This document shows, piece by piece, positions 58,201 through 64,000 of a stretch of 64,000 bases of DNA; the stretch's first letter is position 1; the number at the start of each line of letters is the position of its first letter. The notes under the pieces are model-generated. The model saw nothing but the letters and a program-made list of their open reading frames with translations, did no database searches and was not told the DNA's origin. The position numbers were made by a program, and so were the translations under genes. The stretch is from Nemertoderma westbladi (Eukaryota; Animalia; Xenacoelomorpha): assembly GCA_032718475.1 (NCBI GenBank), contig JAUCBJ010004138.1, forward strand, positions 1-64,000, given 5' to 3'.

Positions 58201-61200
58201 TCATAGAACCACAGAATTACAATAATAACTGCCAGTTTCTTACAGAACCACAGATTTACAATAATAACTGCCAGATTATCAAAGAACCGCAGATTTACAA
58301 TAATAACTGCCAGATTATCATAGAATCACAGATTTACAATAATAACTGCCAGATATCATAGAACCGCAGATTTACAATAGTACTGCCAGATTATCATAGA
58401 ACCGCAGATTTACAATAATAACTGCCAGTTTATCATAGAACCACAGATTTACAATAATAACTGCCAGTTTCTTACAGAACCACAGATTTACAATAATAAC
58501 TGCCAGTTTATCATATAACCGCAGATTTACAATAATAACTGCCAGATTATCATAGAACCGCAGATTTACAATAATAACTGTCAGATTATCATATAACCGC
58601 AGATTTACAATAATAACTGCCAGTTTATCATAGAACCGCAGATTTACAATAATAACTGCCAGATTATCATAGAACCGCAAATTTACAATAATAACTGCCA
58701 GTTTATCATAGAACCACACAGATTTACAATAATAACTGCCAGTTTCTTACAGAACAACAGATTTACAATAATAACAGCCAGTTTATCATAGAACCGCAGA
58801 TTTACAATAATAACTGCCAGATTATCATAGAACCGCAGATTTACAATAATAACTGCCAGATTATCATAGAACCGCAGATTTACAATAATAACTGCCAGTT
58901 TCTTACAGAACCACAGATTTACAATAATAACTGCCAGATTATCATACAACCGCAGATTTACAATAATAACTGCCAGATTATCATAGAACCGCAGATTTAC
59001 AATAATAACTGCCAGATTATCATAGAACCACAGATTTACAATAATAACTGCCAGATTATCATAGAACCGCAGATTTACAATAATAACTGCTAGATTATCA
59101 TAGAACCGCAGATTTACCATAATAACTGCCAGATTATCATAGAACCGCAGATTTACAATAATAACTGCCAGATTATCATAGAACCGCAGATTTACAATAG
59201 TACTGCCAGATTATCATAGAATCGCAGATTTACAATAATAACTGCCAGTTTATCATAGAACCACAGAATTACAATAATAACTGCCAGTTTCTTACAGAAC
59301 CACAGATTTACAATAATAACTGCCAGTTTATCATAGAAACGCAGATTTACAATAATAACTGCCAGATTATCATAGAACCGCAGATTTACAATAATAACTC
59401 TCAGATTATCATAGAACCGCAGATTTACAATAATAACTGCCAGTTTATCATAGAACCGCAGATTTACAATAATAACTGCCAGTTTATCATAGAACCACAC
59501 AGATTTACAATAATAACTGCCAGATTATCATAGAACCGCAGATTTACAATAATAACTGCCAATTTATCATAGAACCGCAGATTTACAATAATAACTGCCA
59601 GATTATCATAGAACTGCAGATTTACAATAATAACTGCCAGATTATCATTGAGCCACATATTTACAATAATAACTGCCAGTTTATCACAGAACCACAGATT
59701 TACAATAATAACTGCCATATTATCATAGAACCTCAGATTTACAATAATAACTGCCAGTTTCTTACAGAACCACAGATTTACAATAATAACTGCCAGTTTA
59801 TCATAGAACCAAAGATTTACAATAATAACTGCCAGATTATCATAGAACCACAGATTTACAATAATAACTGCCAGATTATCATAGAACCACAGGGTCACAA
59901 TAATAACTGCCAGTTTATCATAGAACCGCAGATTTACAATAATAACTGCCAGTTTATCATAGAACCGCAGATTGACAATAATAACTGCCAGATTATCATA
60001 GAATCGCAGATTTACAATAATAACTGCCAGATTATCATAGAACCACAGATTTACAATAATAACTGCCAGTTTATCATAGAACCACACAGATTTACCATAA
60101 TAACTGCCAGTTTCTTACAGAACCACAGATTTACAATAATAACTGCCAGTTTCTTACAGAACCACAGATTTACAATAATAACTGCCAGTTTATCATAGGA
60201 CCACAAATTTACAATAATAACTGCCAGTTTATCATAGAACCACACAGATTTACCATAATAACTGCCAGTTTCTTACAGAACCACAGATTTACAATAATAA
60301 CTGCCAGTTTATCATAGAACTGCAGATTTACAATAATAACTGCCAGTTTCTTACAGAACCACAGATTTACAATAATAACTGCCAGTTTATCATAGGACCA
60401 CAGATTTACAATAGTAACTACCAGTTTCTTACAGAACCGCAGATTTACAATAATAACTGCCAGATTATCATAGAACCGCAGATTTACAATAATAACTGCC
60501 AATTTATCATAGAACCGCAGATTTACAATAATAGCTGCCAGTTTATCACAGAACCACAGATTTACAATAATAACTGCCAGATTATCATAGAACCGCAGAT
60601 TTACAATAATAACTGGCAGATTATCATAGAACCGCAGATTTACAATAATAACTGCCAGATTATCATAGAACCGCAGATTTACAATAATAACTGCCAGATT
60701 ATCATAGAACCACAGATTTACAATAATAACTGCCAGTTTATCATAGAACCACAGATTTACAATAATAACTGCCAGTTTATCATAGAAACACAGATTTACA
60801 CTAGTAACTGCCAGTTTCTTACAGAACCACAGATTTACAATAATAACTGCCAGATTATCATAGAACCGCAGATTTACAATAATAACTGCCAGATTATCAT
60901 AGAACCACAGATTTACAATAATAACTGCCAGTTTATCATAGAACCACAGATTTACAATAAAAAACTGCCAGTTTATCATAGAACCACAGATTTACAATAA
61001 TAACTGCCAGTTTATCAAACCGCAGATTTACAATAATAACTGCCAGTTTATCATAGAACCATTTACAATAATAACTGCCAGTTTATCATAGAACCGCAGA
61101 TTTACAATAATAACTGCCAGTTTATCATAGAACCACAGATTTACAATAATAACTGTCAGTTTATCATAGAAGCACAGATTTACAATAATAACTGCCAGAT

Positions 61201-62476
61201 TATCATAGAACCGCAGATATACAATAATAACTGCCAGTTTCTTACAGAACCACAGATTTACAATAGTAACTGCCAGTTTCTTACAGAACCACAGATTTAC
61301 AATAATTATCACAGATTTACAATAATAACTGCCAGTTTATCATAGAACCACAGATTTACAATAATAACTGCCAGTTTATCATAGAACCACAGATTTACAA
61401 TAATAACTGCCAGTTTATCAAACCGCAGATTTACAATAATAACTGCCAGTTTATCATAGAACCACAGATTTACAATAATAACTGCCAGTTTATCATAGAA
61501 CCGCAGATTTACAATAATAACTGCCAGTTTATCATAGAACCACAGATTTACAATAATAACTGTCAGTTTATCATAGAATCACAGATTTACAATAATAACT
61601 GCAGTTTATCATAGAACCGCAGATTTACAATAATAACTGCCAGTTTATCATAGAACCGCAGATTTACAATAATAACTGTCAGTTTATCAAACCGCAGATT
61701 TACAATAATAACTGCCAGTTTATCATAGAACCACAGATTTACAATAATAACTGCCAGTTTATCATAGAACCGCAGAGTTACAATAATAACTGCCAGTTTA
61801 TCATAGAACCACAGATTTACAATAATAACTGTCAGTTTATCATAGGACCACAGATTTACAATAATAACTGCCAGATTATCATAGAACCGCAGATTTACAA
61901 AAATAACTGCCAGATTATCATAGAACCGCAGATTTACAATAATAACTGCCAATTTATCATAGAACCGCAGATTTACAATAATAACTGCCAGATTATCATA
62001 GAACCGCAGATTTACAATAATAACTGCCAGATTATCATTGAGCCACAGATTTACAATAATAACTGCCAGTTTATCATAGAACCACAGATTTACAATAATA
62101 ACTGCCAGATTATCATAGAACCACAGATTTACAATAATAACTGCCAGTTTCTTACAGAACCACAGATTTACAATAATAACTGCCAGTTTATCATAGAACC
62201 AAAGATTTACAATAATAACTGCCAGATTATCATAGAACCGCAGATTTACAATAATAACTGCCAGTTTATCATAGAACCACAGATTTACAATAATAACTGT
62301 CAGTTTATCATAGAACCACAGATTTACAATAATAACTGCCAGTTTATCATAGAACCACAGATTTACAATAATAACTGCCAGTTTATCATAGAACCGCAGA
62401 TTTGCAATAATAACTGCCAGTTTATCACAGAACCACAAATTTACAATAATAACTGCCAGTTTATCACAGAACCACA
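13249..62476. repeat. ~49.2-kb satellite array of 39-bp monomers (AGAACC(G/A)CAGATTTACAATAATAACTGCCAG(A/T)TTATCAT), about 1,260 copies, with higher-order structure
   Basis: Head-to-tail monomers in one orientation, with no foreign insertion seen. Recurrent variants (TTTCTTACAG, CCACACAG +2, AATAGTACT -1, AGATATCAT -1, CATTGAGCC) occur in repeating order. Confidence 0.99.
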
Positions 62477-62899
62477 CACTGGTTTATTTGGTTGCCGTTT
62501 TATCTCTGGTTTTTTAAGAAAACCGGCAGTTTTCAATAGTTGAAACGCCAGTTACCAGCAGTAAACCATACGTTAATAAATGCTGATTCAATACTCGACC
62601 GGGAAGGGAATTTGCGTTAAAACAGAACCTGAGGTTACAGAAACCGGCAGTTCCTTGCGATAAAAAATACCAGAGGTTTTACAACTCAATTTTAGGCTGT
62701 AAACAACTGGGGGTTATGGAACCGCCGGTTTTACGAGAGATAATCAACCCCCGGTTTGCACAACTGCCAGTTCTGGCAACGTTTATTTACCGCCGGTTTG
62801 TAGAAACAACCTGTGGTGGTTTTCGTTGCAAACAACCCCAGATAGTTGTTGCAAACTGGTAGTTTTTTAACACAATACCACCACTTACTTTTTTCAGTG
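62477..62899. mobile_element. One end of a putative CACTA/EnSpm (CMC)-like non-autonomous DNA transposon with subterminal repeats
   Basis: Ends in TTTTTTCAGTG|TA, i.e. CACTGAAAAAA on the minus strand, a terminus style of animal EnSpm-like elements. It is preceded by many AAC(C/T)G(C/G)C(A/G)GTT-type motifs in both orientations. The partner end was not found. Confidence 0.55.
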
Positions 62900-62994
62900 T
62901 ATCTAACTAACAAAAACTTGAATATAAAATAACATCAACAATCAGGGTCAATAATACCCCTGCACTCGAGCTCGCTTCAGCGAAAGGCTAAGAG

Positions 62995-63655
62995 AGTTGA
63001 TTGGTAAGGTTGTGGAAATAAAATCAGCATTAGTTGCGTCAATCTGTTTCGGCGCACCCACAGAAATACGGGACTGTACATACTTTATTGAGTAATTGGA
63101 GGTGGATATAGAGAACAGCCGGGGTAGCGCATAGTCGGCCATAACAACTTTGTATCCACCCGAGATCCCTTTGTATAGCGATCCGAAAGAGTCACCGTCG
63201 GCCTTGGCTCTGATATGCAACGCTAGACGTAGACCTAGCTGATGAGTGTAATTGGGACAGCACAATCCACGTAGTGTTCCTACGCATTGACGTAGAGCAA
63301 AAATTGTAATCGGCAGTAAACCAGATACAGATTTACCTTTTGCTAAATATGAAATTGATTGCATCACAGATAAAGCAGAGATATGCGGTAGAAGGGCTTG
63401 GGAACACAATGTATTGAGTCTCAATCTCGTTATGTCAGTGCAGACCTCACCTGTATCACTACCATTTACATTGGATTTAAATTTAAGCAATGCATTCTTA
63501 GCTTGCTTTGCATTTACTGATTATTGCTATTTCCAGTTTCCTTACCACGTATTTTAGATTAGGATTTGCATTCATCTGACCAGACCACCTGTTGATTGAA
63601 TGAGCAACCAGATTTATTGAGAGAAAATTCTTGAGATGCCGCGTTGATCGTTTAA
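62995..63655 (-). pseudogene. Diverged fragment of a non-LTR ORF related to the element at 3500-7123 (region just upstream of the RT core)
   Basis: 63653-63561 translates to KRSTRHLKNFLSINLVAHSINRWSGQMNANP. This aligns without gaps to KRSIRRLRNWLLKSQIADNITYVANKIRGNP (3675-3767), 11/31 identical. Downstream ISYLAKGKS and LYKG echo ILSLSKRKS and IYKG. Confidence 0.55.
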
Positions 63656-63866
63656 TCTAAATCTCTCTAAATTTATAGTCTAAAATCTAAAATTACCTCT
63701 AAATATCTAAAAGTATATCACATGGATCCTTTCTATTACAAAGCCACGTATAAATCAGAAGAAACCTTGCTCCAAGTTTCAGCTTGAACGGATAAGAAAT
63801 AACGAAATGAGATAAGGTTTTAACTTTCAGACATTTCGCATTTGTTAATTCCAAGAGCTGGAGCAT

Positions 63867-64000
63867 GACTTCTGCTACTTGGGATCATGGATCATGAAGT
63901 CAGGTGAAGACCTTCGGATACGTAAGGGAAAGGCATGGGCCGCATTGAATGGGCTGTCCAGGATTTGGATGACACATAGGATACGTCGGAAACTTAAGGT
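63867..64000 (+). mobile_element. Fragment of another RTE-clade LINE RT, continuing past the window edge
   Basis: Translates DFCYLGSWIMKSGEDLRIRKGKAWAALNGLSRIW, homologous to DFQYLGSWIESSKKDIEVRKA*AWVALSKMDTIW of the 1088-3215 element but a distinct family. Absent from the ORF track. Confidence 0.85.

Noticed and set aside
13249-62476. CRISPR-like array (repeat length in the CRISPR range)
   Set aside because: Monomers are directly adjacent with no unique spacers, there are no cas genes, and the context is eukaryotic.
13189-62477. Dozens of minus-strand repeat-protein ORFs as real genes
   Set aside because: They are translations of the 39-bp monomer. Starts and ends coincide with indel variants, and many use non-ATG starts. 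Kept only as a low-probability finding.

Overview
AT-rich animal (probably invertebrate) genomic DNA, almost all repetitive; nothing looks prokaryotic and there is no CRISPR array. About 77% of the window (13,249-62,476) is one satellite array of roughly 1,260 head-to-tail 39-bp monomers with nested higher-order repeats. The many 'LRFYDNLAVIIVN' ORFs are a by-product of that monomer. The left 13 kb holds one credible host exon (half of an Ig-like domain, minus strand, 615-841) and two 5'-truncated copies of an RTE-clade LINE with 12-bp target-site duplications (TSDs). It also holds a decayed second non-LTR element split by a 1.55-kb non-autonomous element, a 1.1-kb long-TIR MITE, a GC-rich hairpin island and several small tandem arrays (19, ~100, 61, 32 bp). 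The right 1.5 kb holds a CACTA/EnSpm-like transposon end whose subterminal motifs match the satellite monomer, plus more LINE fragments. The best lead is that the satellite grew out of a DNA transposon's subterminal repeats, possibly inside an intron of the Ig-domain gene. I found no convincing novel multi-gene system. Family assignments come from motif recognition by eye, not database searches.
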